From the sequence record SRR20825006_787: a DNA stretch of 58,553 nucleotides; one strand, given 5' to 3'. The position numbers and the translations under genes were made by a program. Under the pieces are notes generated by a model. The model was not told the DNA's origin and ran no database searches. It worked only from the letters and a program-made list of their open reading frames with translations. Shown piece by piece: positions 38,800-48,049 of this stretch. The first letter of the stretch is position 1. Every line of letters begins with the position of its first letter.

Positions 38800-39840
38800 A
38801 TGAATATCCTGCTAATTGGCGGGTTAGGTTACCTTGGCTCACAGATCCTGCGCGCGTTGCGCGAGCGCGGGTTCGCCGTCACGGTCGCCACCCGCCACCC
38901 CTTCGCGCCAGCGATGACGCGCATCGACCTGCTCGATCCCGAGACATTCTCGGGCGCCGATAACTTCGACGTGGTGATCGACGCGGCCGACGCGCTGATG
39001 GCGCCTCCAGACGAGCTGATCGCCTACTGCCTGGAGCAAGGACATCTGTTTATCGAGACGACCTCCGACCCGGAGACCATCGAACGCCTGACGGATCGTT
39101 TTCATGGAACACACGAGGAGCACGCTGGCGTGCTTGTTCTCGGCGCAGGCATCTTCACGGGATTGAGCAACCTCGTGGGAGCAGCCGCGATAAGACAGCT
39201 CTCCACCAACACCACCTCATCGATCGAAGGCGGAAAGCTCGAGCTCGGGATTCGCGTCAGCCCGCTCTCGCGCGGTGGCCAGGGTATGGTCAAGTTGATC
39301 CCTCATTTGCTCGCGCTCGAGACCATTCGCTACGAGCATGGCGAGAGGGTCGCAGAACAGGGCATCAGCAAGGGCCCGAGGCTCCCCTTTTACGAAAAGC
39401 CACATGGCACTGTCGCCCTCCCGCTCGCGGAACCTCCGATGTTGGCAGCGAGCACCGGCGTCGAGAACATCGCGTGCTACATGTCGCCAGCGCCCTCGAT
39501 CCTGCGCTTTGCGTTCCTGCTCACGCCCGCATTTATCCTGACGAGCCGACCATTCACGCTGTTGCTCCTGCTCTGGTTCACGATTCTGCGCAGGCTGCTC
39601 CTGCGTTGGCGAAGCTCTCCGGTCGAAATCACAGCGAGGGCGACCTCGGAGTCGGGCCAGACACACGTCGTGAAGTTGCGCGCAGAGGATGGGATGCAGA
39701 GCGCCGGAGATGCGGTCGCGCTGCTTGTCGAAGACCTCGCGAGAGCGACCCCCGAGGCGGGCGTCTACATGATCGACGAGGTCACGCAGCTCGACGCGAT
39801 CGCCTCGAGCATGCCAGGCGTGAAGTTTGCGACAGAATAG
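38800..39840 (+). CDS. Saccharopine-dehydrogenase-like NAD(P)-binding oxidoreductase
   Basis: ILLIGGLGYLG, GAGIFTGLSNL. Confidence 0.7.
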   Translation: MNILLIGGLGYLGSQILRALRERGFAVTVATRHPFAPAMTRIDLLDPETFSGADNFDVVIDAADALMAPPDELIAYCLEQGHLFIETTSDPETIERLTDRFHGTHEEHAGVLVLGAGIFTGLSNLVGAAAIRQLSTNTTSSIEGGKLELGIRVSPLSRGGQGMVKLIPHLLALETIRYEHGERVAEQGISKGPRLPFYEKPHGTVALPLAEPPMLAASTGVENIACYMSPAPSILRFAFLLTPAFILTSRPFTLLLLLWFTILRRLLLRWRSSPVEITARATSESGQTHVVKLRAEDGMQSAGDAVALLVEDLARATPEAGVYMIDEVTQLDAIASSMPGVKFATE

Positions 39841-39849
39841 ATCTGGAAA

Positions 39850-39922
39850 GGTCGCGCGCCGGACTCGAACCGACCACCTCCTGCTTGCGGAGCAGGCGCT
39901 CTCCCTGATGAGCTAGCGCGAC
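39850..39922 (-). tRNA. Orphan tRNA-like gene, Ala(CGC) anticodon without G3:U70
   Basis: GTCGCGC/GCGCGAC acceptor, CCTGC TCCGCAA GCAGG, GTCGG TTCGAGT CCGGC; no CCA. Confidence 0.65.
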
Positions 39923-39975
39923 ATCAACGAGCGACCTTGTTAACAAGGTCGCTCGCCAGCGGTGCGACTTTACAA

Positions 39976-40455
39976 TCAAGCCTCGGAGAGCTCGATAATC
40001 GCCTCGATCTCGACCGGACTGTTCAGCGGGAGACAGGGCACGCCGACGGCCGAGCGCGCGTGACGCCCAGCCTCGCCAAAGACCTCCGCCATGAACTCCG
40101 AGGCGCCGTTGGCGACGAGGTGCTGGCTGGTGAAGTCAGCGGTGCTCGCCACGAAGACCGTGAGCTTGAGGATCTTTTTGACCTTGGAGAGATCCCCCGT
40201 GGCCGCCTTTGCTTGCGCGAGGATGTTGATCGCGCACTGACGCGCGCACGCCTGCGCCTGCTCGAGCGTGACCGAATCGCCCACGATCCCCTGCGCGACG
40301 AACTCGCCGCGATCCACAGAGATCTGCCCTGCGGTCAGCAGCAGGTTCTCGGTGCGGACCCATGGCAAATAGGATGCGGCAGGTGCGGGGGCATCGGGGA
40401 GTTCGATCCCCATCGACTTCAGGACCTCTTCCGGGTGCTTCGACTCGTTTGACAT
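39976..40455 (-). CDS. RidA/YjgF/UK114-family protein
   Basis: PAPAASY, AGQI, VANGASE, GRHARSAVGV..LPLNSPVEIE. Confidence 0.9.
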   Translation of the reverse strand: MSNESKHPEEVLKSMGIELPDAPAPAASYLPWVRTENLLLTAGQISVDRGEFVAQGIVGDSVTLEQAQACARQCAINILAQAKAATGDLSKVKKILKLTVFVASTADFTSQHLVANGASEFMAEVFGEAGRHARSAVGVPCLPLNSPVEIEAIIELSEA

Positions 40456-40690
40456 ATGCGCTCCTCTCTCGGGTTGAGTTGGGCTCTTCAAAACATTCAC
40501 TTCGGGCGCTCGCAGTCTTATCCCGGGCGCCTTTTTCGTCAAGCGATGGTGTGATGACAGCGACAGACAAGATCGCGATACGATGTTTGAAAGTGGTGAA
40601 CGAGATGCGCGAGCGCCTAAGATAGAGAGCTTATGGCCGAGGAAGGAATCTCGACGATATCTACCACGAGTGATTGCAGAGGAGAGGTTT

Positions 40691-41605
40691 ATGATGAGTT
40701 ACGAGACAGCAGCCGAAGCAATCCGCGAAGGAAACCTCGACGCGTTGAGAGGTGCGCTCGAGGACATGTCGGACGAAGAGCTGGCCAACGCGCGCAGAGA
40801 TGCCCCGCTCACGCACCTCGTCATCTACCAACGCAACATCGACGAGTCATTACGTGCCAAGGGCACGCCCATGCTCGATGCGCTGCTCGAGGCGGGCATC
40901 GACCCGAACTCCGCGCACTGCTCGTGGGAAGGAACTCTCCTGAACGAGACCGCGCTCGCGATGGCCATGTACTGTGAAGATCCTGACGCGGCGAAGTTGC
41001 TGCTCGAGCATGGCGCAGACCCTGATATCTTCGTCATACCAGATCGTATATATAGCGGATGGGAGGGTCGGTATTCGGCCGATCCAGGGTTATTGCGAGA
41101 GAGAGTCGGCATCGACGGACGCGACTTGCTCGATACCTTTTGTCCCGAACCAGAGATCGAGGGTGATTTGATCGTCGGACGCTGGGTGCTGATCTCTCAA
41201 CACTGGGCAGAAAGTGACTTTAACGGCCAGGCACCGTGGAACCACGGCGAGCTCATTTTCCGAGAAGATGGCACCTTCTCCTTTACATACGAAGGTGGGT
41301 TCTTTGACACCATCGAAGGGAGCTGGGAGCGCACTCCCAGTGAACGCCCGGTTCGAGATGAAGCGTGGCCATACGATCCTTCGGTGATGCCCAGATACGA
41401 GGACCTCTACAACCGCTATAAAACAGTCGAGACGCTCGCGAGGTTCGACAAGGAGTGGTGGCCTTATGGGACGCTCAGGCTCGTGACTGGCGGCCGTGAT
41501 CAAGCGCGTATCTGCCTGGAATCATGGGATGAAGAGATGGGAGGGATGGCCTATTCTTTCTACCGCGAAGAGGTCGCGCACCTCTTGCCACGACGACGTG
41601 TTTGA
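40691..41605 (+). CDS. Ankyrin-repeat protein with beta-rich (lipocalin-like) C-terminal domain
   Basis: LLEAGIDPN, TALAMA..LLLEHGADPD; IVGRWVL...FREDGTF. Confidence 0.7.
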   Translation: MMSYETAAEAIREGNLDALRGALEDMSDEELANARRDAPLTHLVIYQRNIDESLRAKGTPMLDALLEAGIDPNSAHCSWEGTLLNETALAMAMYCEDPDAAKLLLEHGADPDIFVIPDRIYSGWEGRYSADPGLLRERVGIDGRDLLDTFCPEPEIEGDLIVGRWVLISQHWAESDFNGQAPWNHGELIFREDGTFSFTYEGGFFDTIEGSWERTPSERPVRDEAWPYDPSVMPRYEDLYNRYKTVETLARFDKEWWPYGTLRLVTGGRDQARICLESWDEEMGGMAYSFYREEVAHLLPRRRV

Positions 41606-41920
41606 CGACTAATCTGAGGCAGTCGTTTGACTGAGCGCTGCAAGGTGTTAAGATTATAAGGGAATCGCGCTCCTCATCTCTCCCATGGTCCAGGTGATCC
41701 AAACGGGAGAGCATCGAGTCGAGCGACGCGAACTTCCCTCGCGAATCCGTGCGAGCGCCAGACGACATCCTTCAGGCGCCATACCACGCACGACTTTTCG
41801 AAGCGAAGCGGTCGAGTTCGCGGTCTTTGGACCGCACAGCACACCCATGCTCTTGTAAAGGGCATGCAATCGGTCGTGCGCGGTCCCTGTCACAATCCTC
41901 CTATCCATACAGGAGCACGC

Positions 41921-42352
41921 ATGGACAAACTCGCCATCATTCATAAAGCCGAAGAACTCGGAGGTAGCGAGCGCCGCGAGTCGCTCGAACATGTCATCAT
42001 CGCTGCCCGCGATCTCGGCTGCGAGTCTCAAATCGGTGGTGGTCAAGCAGGCGGTATCAACATCCGCTATGGCTCGATCGGCTACGCGTTGATGGACGTC
42101 AACACCGAGGGGCTCGTCAAGCTTTACGTGCAACCTCACCCGGGGAAGAGCTCCACCAAAGAGTTCATCGATGACCTCAACGGCTTTATCGACGAGCACG
42201 ATGACCTCGAGCCAAAGTCCTTCCCGATCAACTCTTACGGTCACCTCGAGGACAAGGTCGAGGACATCCCCAACGAAGTGCTCTCGGACTTCTTGAACTA
42301 CGCCATGGAGAAGATCCACGAGGAGCACTACGAGCCGCACTACGATTGGTGA
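41921..42352 (+). CDS. Hypothetical protein
   Basis: AGGAG RBS, strongly GC3-biased codons. Confidence 0.72.
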   Translation: MDKLAIIHKAEELGGSERRESLEHVIIAARDLGCESQIGGGQAGGINIRYGSIGYALMDVNTEGLVKLYVQPHPGKSSTKEFIDDLNGFIDEHDDLEPKSFPINSYGHLEDKVEDIPNEVLSDFLNYAMEKIHEEHYEPHYDW

Positions 42353-42576
42353 GTGGTCGATGCGCTGATCTGATCCTGATGGGGGTCAAACAGCAAAGAT
42401 AAGAGGAGAGCGCGCCCTCTCGGTGTTTCCAGGTTCGGTGACGAACTTTGACATGGAGTCGGCGCGCTCTCCTTTTGTCTCTGGTCGTTCGCTTGCATCG
42501 CGCGCAAACTTGTGGAACCGTTCGCGCGCTCTCCGAGCGCTCCCACTCTTGCCGCACCTCCAAAAGAACAACACCG

Positions 42577-44301
42577 ATGACATCGAACGCTTCCCCTCTA
42601 AAAACCCAGCTGCGCGTTGGCGGCGTCCCCGAACACTTCAACGCCCCCTGGAACATCGCCATCTCGCAAGATGACTTCGCGCGACGCCCCTATCAGGTCA
42701 CGTGGCGCGAGTTCCCAGGCGGCACCGGCGCGATGTGCAAGGCGCTCGACGCCAGAGAGATCGACGTCGCCGTCTTGCTCGCTGACGGGGTGCTGCGCGC
42801 GATCTCGAAGGGCAGCAAGATCCGCGTCATAGGGACCTACGTCGACTCCCCCCTCTACTGGGGAATCCACGTCCACGCGGACTCGCCCTTCCAAACTCCA
42901 GAAGACCTCGCCGGCGAGGTCTTCGCCATCAGCCGCAACGGTTCGGGCTCGCACCTGATGACCTTTGTCGAGGCGCACGCGCGAGGTTGGCTCGAGACAC
43001 GCGAACCTCGCTTCGAGATCGTGGGCAACATCGACGGCGCGCGCGAGGCGATGGCGGAAGGGAGAGCCTCTGGCTTTCTGTGGGAGCGGCTGATGACAAG
43101 GCCGCTCGTGGACGCCGGAGAGTGGCGCCAGATCGGCGTCCGCCCCTCGCCCTGGCCTGCCTTTTTGATCGCCGCGCACGAAGATGTCATCGCGAGCCAC
43201 GGCGAGCTCCTCCACGATATGATCACCGTCGTGCAGCGACGCTGCCACGAGATGAAGGCGGCGAGGACTCGCACCATCGATTACATCTCCGAGCGCTTCG
43301 AGCTCGACGCCGGACAGGTCAGCTCCTGGCTCGACGAGACGCGTTGGCGTTGCGCCTCCGAGGTCTCGGCGCCTGCGCTGCGAGAAGCCGTCACCATGCT
43401 CCACCGCGTGGGCGTCATCGACGAGCTTCGCCCCGTGGAAGACTTCGTCGACACCGAACAGTGTGGCCTCGGCGAGGTCTTGCCAGAGGCGCTCTACGAC
43501 CACCGCATTGGCGGCGTTCGAGATGCGCTCGCGCGAGCGAACAAGGCGTTCGGACCGCTCGACTACGAGGAGCTCACCGTCCTCGGTGAATTCGACCGCT
43601 ACTACGACTATGGCACCGAATCTTGCCAGGACGCGGTGCGTTTGCTCGCGCTGCGCGAGGGAGATAAACTCCTCGAGATCGGGAGCCGCCTTGGCGCCGC
43701 GGCCAGGTACTTCGCCCAGCGCACGCGTTGCGAGGTCACGGGCGTCGAGATCCAACCCGCGCTCGCTGCCATCGGCCGCGAGCTCACGCGACGTTGCGGC
43801 ATGGAAGAGCAATTCCAGGTCATCATCGGTGACATCTGCGGTGTCCCGCTCCCCTCCGAGCACTTCGATCACGCGGTCTCGCTGATGGTCATGCTGCACC
43901 TCGAGGATCGCGCGCCTGCATGGCGCAACACCTTCGACGCGCTAAAGCCCGGAGGGAAGTTGCTCGTCGAGGATCTCATCCTGACGCGCCCCTTCGAGGA
44001 ACCTCAACGCGCCATGATCACGCGCATCCTGGAAGCTCCATCACTCGTCGATATGGAGAACTACCAGCGAGAACTCGAGGCGGCGGGGTTCGACATCCTC
44101 GAGCGCGAGGATCTCACAGAAGTATGGACCGCGCGCAGCGAGGAGCGTTACGAGCGCTTTACGCAAGAGCGCGATTTGCATATCCAGACACACGGCGTCG
44201 AGGTCTACGAAGCGCGCCGCCTGTTCTTGCAAGTGATGCGCGATCTGTTCGAGATCGGCATGCTGCAAGCCGCGCGCTTTAAAGCCCGACGCCCGCACTG
44301 A
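42577..44301 (+). CDS. NMT1/THI5-type substrate-binding domain fused to a class I SAM methyltransferase
   Basis: GGVPEHFNAPW, PGGTGAM, SRNGSGSH; then LEIGSRLG, VTGVEI, LKPGGKL. Confidence 0.8.
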   Translation: MTSNASPLKTQLRVGGVPEHFNAPWNIAISQDDFARRPYQVTWREFPGGTGAMCKALDAREIDVAVLLADGVLRAISKGSKIRVIGTYVDSPLYWGIHVHADSPFQTPEDLAGEVFAISRNGSGSHLMTFVEAHARGWLETREPRFEIVGNIDGAREAMAEGRASGFLWERLMTRPLVDAGEWRQIGVRPSPWPAFLIAAHEDVIASHGELLHDMITVVQRRCHEMKAARTRTIDYISERFELDAGQVSSWLDETRWRCASEVSAPALREAVTMLHRVGVIDELRPVEDFVDTEQCGLGEVLPEALYDHRIGGVRDALARANKAFGPLDYEELTVLGEFDRYYDYGTESCQDAVRLLALREGDKLLEIGSRLGAAARYFAQRTRCEVTGVEIQPALAAIGRELTRRCGMEEQFQVIIGDICGVPLPSEHFDHAVSLMVMLHLEDRAPAWRNTFDALKPGGKLLVEDLILTRPFEEPQRAMITRILEAPSLVDMENYQRELEAAGFDILEREDLTEVWTARSEERYERFTQERDLHIQTHGVEVYEARRLFLQVMRDLFEIGMLQAARFKARRPH

Positions 44302-44340
44302 TTTTCCATCCCACCCCCTGTCCTCCGAGGTCAAAACCGT

Positions 44341-46644
44341 ATGTGGGAACCAGGCACGAAACTGTTTCATAAACACAACCCCGAGCTCGGCGTGGGCGTC
44401 GTGGTCAACGTCGAGGGACGCTTCCTCGACGTTTTCTTCCCCGATGCCATGTCGCGCATGAGGTTGACCCCCGACCCGAAATCGATCCAACCCGTCGTCT
44501 TCAAACCAGGCGATGTGGTCAAGGGACCCGACGGCATCATCGACGCGATCATCGAGATCGATGGCGCGTACGCCGTGCTCATGGAGGGGGATCGCATCGA
44601 GCTCGAGCAACTCTGGCCCGTGCTCTCGACCCCCTCGCTGCTCGAGCGTCTTCGCGATGGCAGCCTCGATCTGCACGAGCACGTGCTCAATCGCATCGAC
44701 GGTGTTCGCCTGCTCGACTTCCGCCGCCAAGGCGAGATGCCGAGCCTCGTGGGAGGTCGCGTCGAGCTCTTCCCGCATCAGCTCGACACCGCCGCGCGCG
44801 CCATCAAACAGGATCGCGTCCGCTGGTTGCTCGCTGACGAGGTGGGCCTTGGCAAGACCATCGTAGCCCACATGATCACCTCGGCGATGATACGCATGGG
44901 GAGGATCTCCTCGGTGGTCGTGATCGCGCCCGACACGTTGACGGTGCAGTGGCTCGGGGAGCTCTATCGCAAGTTCTCGCAGGTCTTCGTCCATATCGAT
45001 ATGGAGCGCCTCGAGGATGTGCGCACGGACTTTGGCCAGGGCACCAACCCGTTCGATGTCTACCCGCTCTCGGTCGTGAGCATGGAGATGCTGCGCGAGG
45101 ATCCCTTCACGCTCAACGCCCTGGCGAGCGCATCGCCGGAGATGGTGATCGTGGACGAGGCGCACGAGCTGCTTCACCCGGAGCTCGCGCCCGAGATCTT
45201 CCCGCTCGTCGAGCGCGTCGAGCACGCGCTCTTCCTGACGGCGACCCCTTTCCAGCTCGGCGCAGAAGGCTTCCTGAAGCTCGTCGATGTCCTCGGCCTC
45301 GAGTATCTCGAGGCCGACGGAGGTCGCCATATCGTCAAGAACGTCAGCCACGTCACACGCGATGATATCCCCGAGCTCCCGGTGCGCGAGCCCGAGGCCG
45401 TCGAGATCGAGGCGCCAGGAAAGCTCGACCTCTCGGACGAGCGCGTCGCCTGGTTGATCGAGCGCCTGCACGAATGGAAAGAGGAAGGAAAGAAGGCGCT
45501 CCTGTTTGTCGAGGACGCCAAACGCGCCAAGAAACTCCACGACACGCTCACGCACAACGCGCACATGGAGCTGTTCATGTTCCACGAGGAGATGCGCACC
45601 AAGGAGCGTGACATCGAGCTCTCGAGGTTCAGGCTGTCGGCGAGCCCGGCGTTGATTTCTTCGGGCGCGGGGAGCGAGGGTCGCAACTTCCAGTTCTGCG
45701 ATGTGCTCGTGCACGTCGACCTCCCCACCGATCCCACCGTGCTCGAGCAGCGCATCGGACGCCTCGACCGCATCGGTCGCGAGGGCAACATCCCGATCGT
45801 GTACTTCAAGCACGATGGAAAGGATCACGAGATCGTCTCCTGCTACGAGAAGCTCGGCATCTTCGAGGATGCCTCGGTGGGCTCCTCGCCAGCGATGAGC
45901 ATCCTGCGCGCTTACCTGACCGATCCTGATCACGACCCCGAGAAGTATGAGGAGGTCGTCGAGGAGGTCGAAGCCGCGATGAACGTGCACGGCTCGAGCT
46001 GGCTCTTCCCCAACTCGCACGATCCGGATGTCGCAGACGATGTGCTCGAGCAGCTCCCCGACGAGCTCGACATGCTGACCGAGCGCTTCTGCGTGGACGC
46101 CGCAGAGCGCATCGAGCTCTCGTGCGTCGAGCACGATGGCTTCTCGGTCTACTTCTTCGAGTATGGCGCCGAGACCATCGTCGAGAACATCCCCGGGCTC
46201 CCCGATGACACGGGTTACCTCGGGACGTTTGATCGCGAGGAGGCCGTGCTCGACACAGAGCTCGACTTCTTCTCCAACGGGCACCCGCTCGTCGAAGGAT
46301 TGCTCGCCGAGCTCGAGGACAGCGACCAGGGCCGCGTGGGCTGCGCGCAACTTAGCCGCGCGCGTGTCCCGGGAACAGACATCGGCAAGCTGACCTACGG
46401 GCTCTACTTGCTCGTGCTCACGGGGCGCGGTGGCGTGACCGCCGCGCACCTCTTCTCGATCGAGGATCAGGCCAAGCTGCTCGAAGCAGATGGCAAGGAG
46501 ATCCTCGAGGTGATGGAGTGGAGCAAGCCGATGCCCAAGCAGACCAAGAAGGACGCCAGGCGCAAGCTCAAGGAGTGCCAGGGGCTCGAGCCGATCATGG
46601 ATCTCGACGTGGTCGCGCTCATGCTCATCGACCTGACACGCTGA
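44341..46644 (+). CDS. RapA/HepA-like SNF2 helicase
   Basis: LFPHQ, LADEVGLGKT, DEAH, TATP, GSEGRNFQF, LEQRIGRLDRIG, GHPLV. Confidence 0.88.
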   Translation: MWEPGTKLFHKHNPELGVGVVVNVEGRFLDVFFPDAMSRMRLTPDPKSIQPVVFKPGDVVKGPDGIIDAIIEIDGAYAVLMEGDRIELEQLWPVLSTPSLLERLRDGSLDLHEHVLNRIDGVRLLDFRRQGEMPSLVGGRVELFPHQLDTAARAIKQDRVRWLLADEVGLGKTIVAHMITSAMIRMGRISSVVVIAPDTLTVQWLGELYRKFSQVFVHIDMERLEDVRTDFGQGTNPFDVYPLSVVSMEMLREDPFTLNALASASPEMVIVDEAHELLHPELAPEIFPLVERVEHALFLTATPFQLGAEGFLKLVDVLGLEYLEADGGRHIVKNVSHVTRDDIPELPVREPEAVEIEAPGKLDLSDERVAWLIERLHEWKEEGKKALLFVEDAKRAKKLHDTLTHNAHMELFMFHEEMRTKERDIELSRFRLSASPALISSGAGSEGRNFQFCDVLVHVDLPTDPTVLEQRIGRLDRIGREGNIPIVYFKHDGKDHEIVSCYEKLGIFEDASVGSSPAMSILRAYLTDPDHDPEKYEEVVEEVEAAMNVHGSSWLFPNSHDPDVADDVLEQLPDELDMLTERFCVDAAERIELSCVEHDGFSVYFFEYGAETIVENIPGLPDDTGYLGTFDREEAVLDTELDFFSNGHPLVEGLLAELEDSDQGRVGCAQLSRARVPGTDIGKLTYGLYLLVLTGRGGVTAAHLFSIEDQAKLLEADGKEILEVMEWSKPMPKQTKKDARRKLKECQGLEPIMDLDVVALMLIDLTR

Positions 46645-46688
46645 GCACATTTGCAACAAACAACCTCCCCTTCCCAAAGGTTGGCGGA

Positions 46689-46778
46689 GGCAAAAAGCCC
46701 GGGGGCCATTTTTTGACAGGCACGACCTCGGGCGCGCCCATGTGGTAGAGTCAAAAAATGGCCCCCGGGCTTTTTGCC
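46689..46778. repeat. Perfect 29-bp inverted repeat with 32-nt spacer (REP/MITE-like)
   Basis: GGCAAAAAGCCCGGGGGCCATTTTTTGAC (46689-46717) / GTCAAAAAATGGCCCCCGGGCTTTTTGCC (46750-46778). Confidence 0.88.
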
Positions 46779-46813
46779 GTGCACCTCACCGCGATCCGAC
46801 AGGAGGTCGAGTC

Positions 46814-48049
46814 ATGCTGGACATGGGAAACCTGCGCTCGGCGCTCCATGCGACCCCGAGCGAACAAGCCTGGGAGCACCTGTGTGATTTGCTCGATCAG
46901 ATCGCCTCGAAAGAGGACGCCGAGCAGGCAATCAATTACGTTTTGCCTCATTTGAGGCATCACTGGCCGAGCAACCTGCGCACGTTGCCAGCGCACTGGC
47001 TCGCGGCGCTGCTCCCCGAGCGCGAATCTTTCTCCAACATTTACAACGCGCCCGAAGAAGACGAGCGCACCGCGAACCCGCTCATCCCTCTCTTCTTGCC
47101 GCTTATTGCCTCTTTCTCCTCGCGTATCGAGCTCCCCGTGATCCGCAGCAGAGATTTGAGCGCCCTCTTCGAGAGGTATCCCCTCACCGCGCTCGAACAC
47201 CTCGACATCGCCGGGCAATACCTCACCGACGCAGAAATCGACGCGCTGGCTGGCGTCATAAGCCAGGCCGACAACCTCCATCACCTCGACGCACGAGGCG
47301 TCTTCGCTACCCACAGCTATCACCCGAGGAGTGAAGTCAGGGAACGGTTTCTCTCGGGCATCGAGCCGCGTCAGCGCGGACAACTTCGCTCGGTGAGTTT
47401 GGGGTTAAATAACATCGACACCCTGGAGATCGAGACGCTGCTCTCGAGGCCAAACCTTCGTGGCCTCACGCACCTGTCGCTCGCTTATAACAGGCTCGAC
47501 GATCGCTTCATCGAGTTGCTGCTCGCCGCCCCGCTGGCGCAAGAACTCAAGCACCTCGACATCTCCTACAACCGCATCACCACCGACGCGCTCGAGGTGC
47601 TCGCCCACGAGGACGCGCTCCCCGCGCTTCGCACGCTGGCAGCCTTCGACGGCCCGACCGAGCACGACATCAAAGCTCGGCTGGAAGCGCGCGGTGTTAT
47701 ACTCGCCTGCCAGATCCTCGCTCCATGCATAGAGGCCACGATCTGGGAGAAAGGTGGCGGGCAGGCGCGCGTCATCCTCGACAAGCCAAGGAACATCATC
47801 GGCCGAGTTCAGAGCAATGATATCGTCCTCCCCAAGGGCAACGTGTCCAAGCGCCACCTCGCCATCACTCGCCTGGGGCGACGCATCTTCATCGAAGATC
47901 GAGGAAGCTCGGGGGGAACCTATGTCAACGGAAGGAAAATCTGTGGCCCCTCGCTCGTGAGCCCGAGCGACAAGATCTATGTCGGTGACTTCATCATCCA
48001 ACTTCGCGCTGTCGACAGCTCCTCGGGTCGAGAGGAGCCGGGAGCATGA
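46814..48049 (+). CDS. LRR plus C-terminal FHA domain protein (paralog 1)
   Basis: LTHLSLAYNRL, LKHLDISYNRI; FHA IGRVQSNDI..VSKRH..GTYVNG. Confidence 0.85.
   Translation: MLDMGNLRSALHATPSEQAWEHLCDLLDQIASKEDAEQAINYVLPHLRHHWPSNLRTLPAHWLAALLPERESFSNIYNAPEEDERTANPLIPLFLPLIASFSSRIELPVIRSRDLSALFERYPLTALEHLDIAGQYLTDAEIDALAGVISQADNLHHLDARGVFATHSYHPRSEVRERFLSGIEPRQRGQLRSVSLGLNNIDTLEIETLLSRPNLRGLTHLSLAYNRLDDRFIELLLAAPLAQELKHLDISYNRITTDALEVLAHEDALPALRTLAAFDGPTEHDIKARLEARGVILACQILAPCIEATIWEKGGGQARVILDKPRNIIGRVQSNDIVLPKGNVSKRHLAITRLGRRIFIEDRGSSGGTYVNGRKICGPSLVSPSDKIYVGDFIIQLRAVDSSSGREEPGA

Noticed and set aside
44341-46644. SNF2 helicase as an anti-phage defence component (DISARM/Zorya-like)
   Set aside because: Motifs (GSEGRNFQF, GHPLV) fit RapA/HepA, and no partner methylase or nuclease genes are adjacent
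44041-46677. Long antisense ORFs (e.g. 44041-46677 minus, 747-2858 plus, 9575-11146 plus, 13637-15136 plus)
   Set aside because: Shadow frames of real genes caused by high GC3; no recognisable motifs
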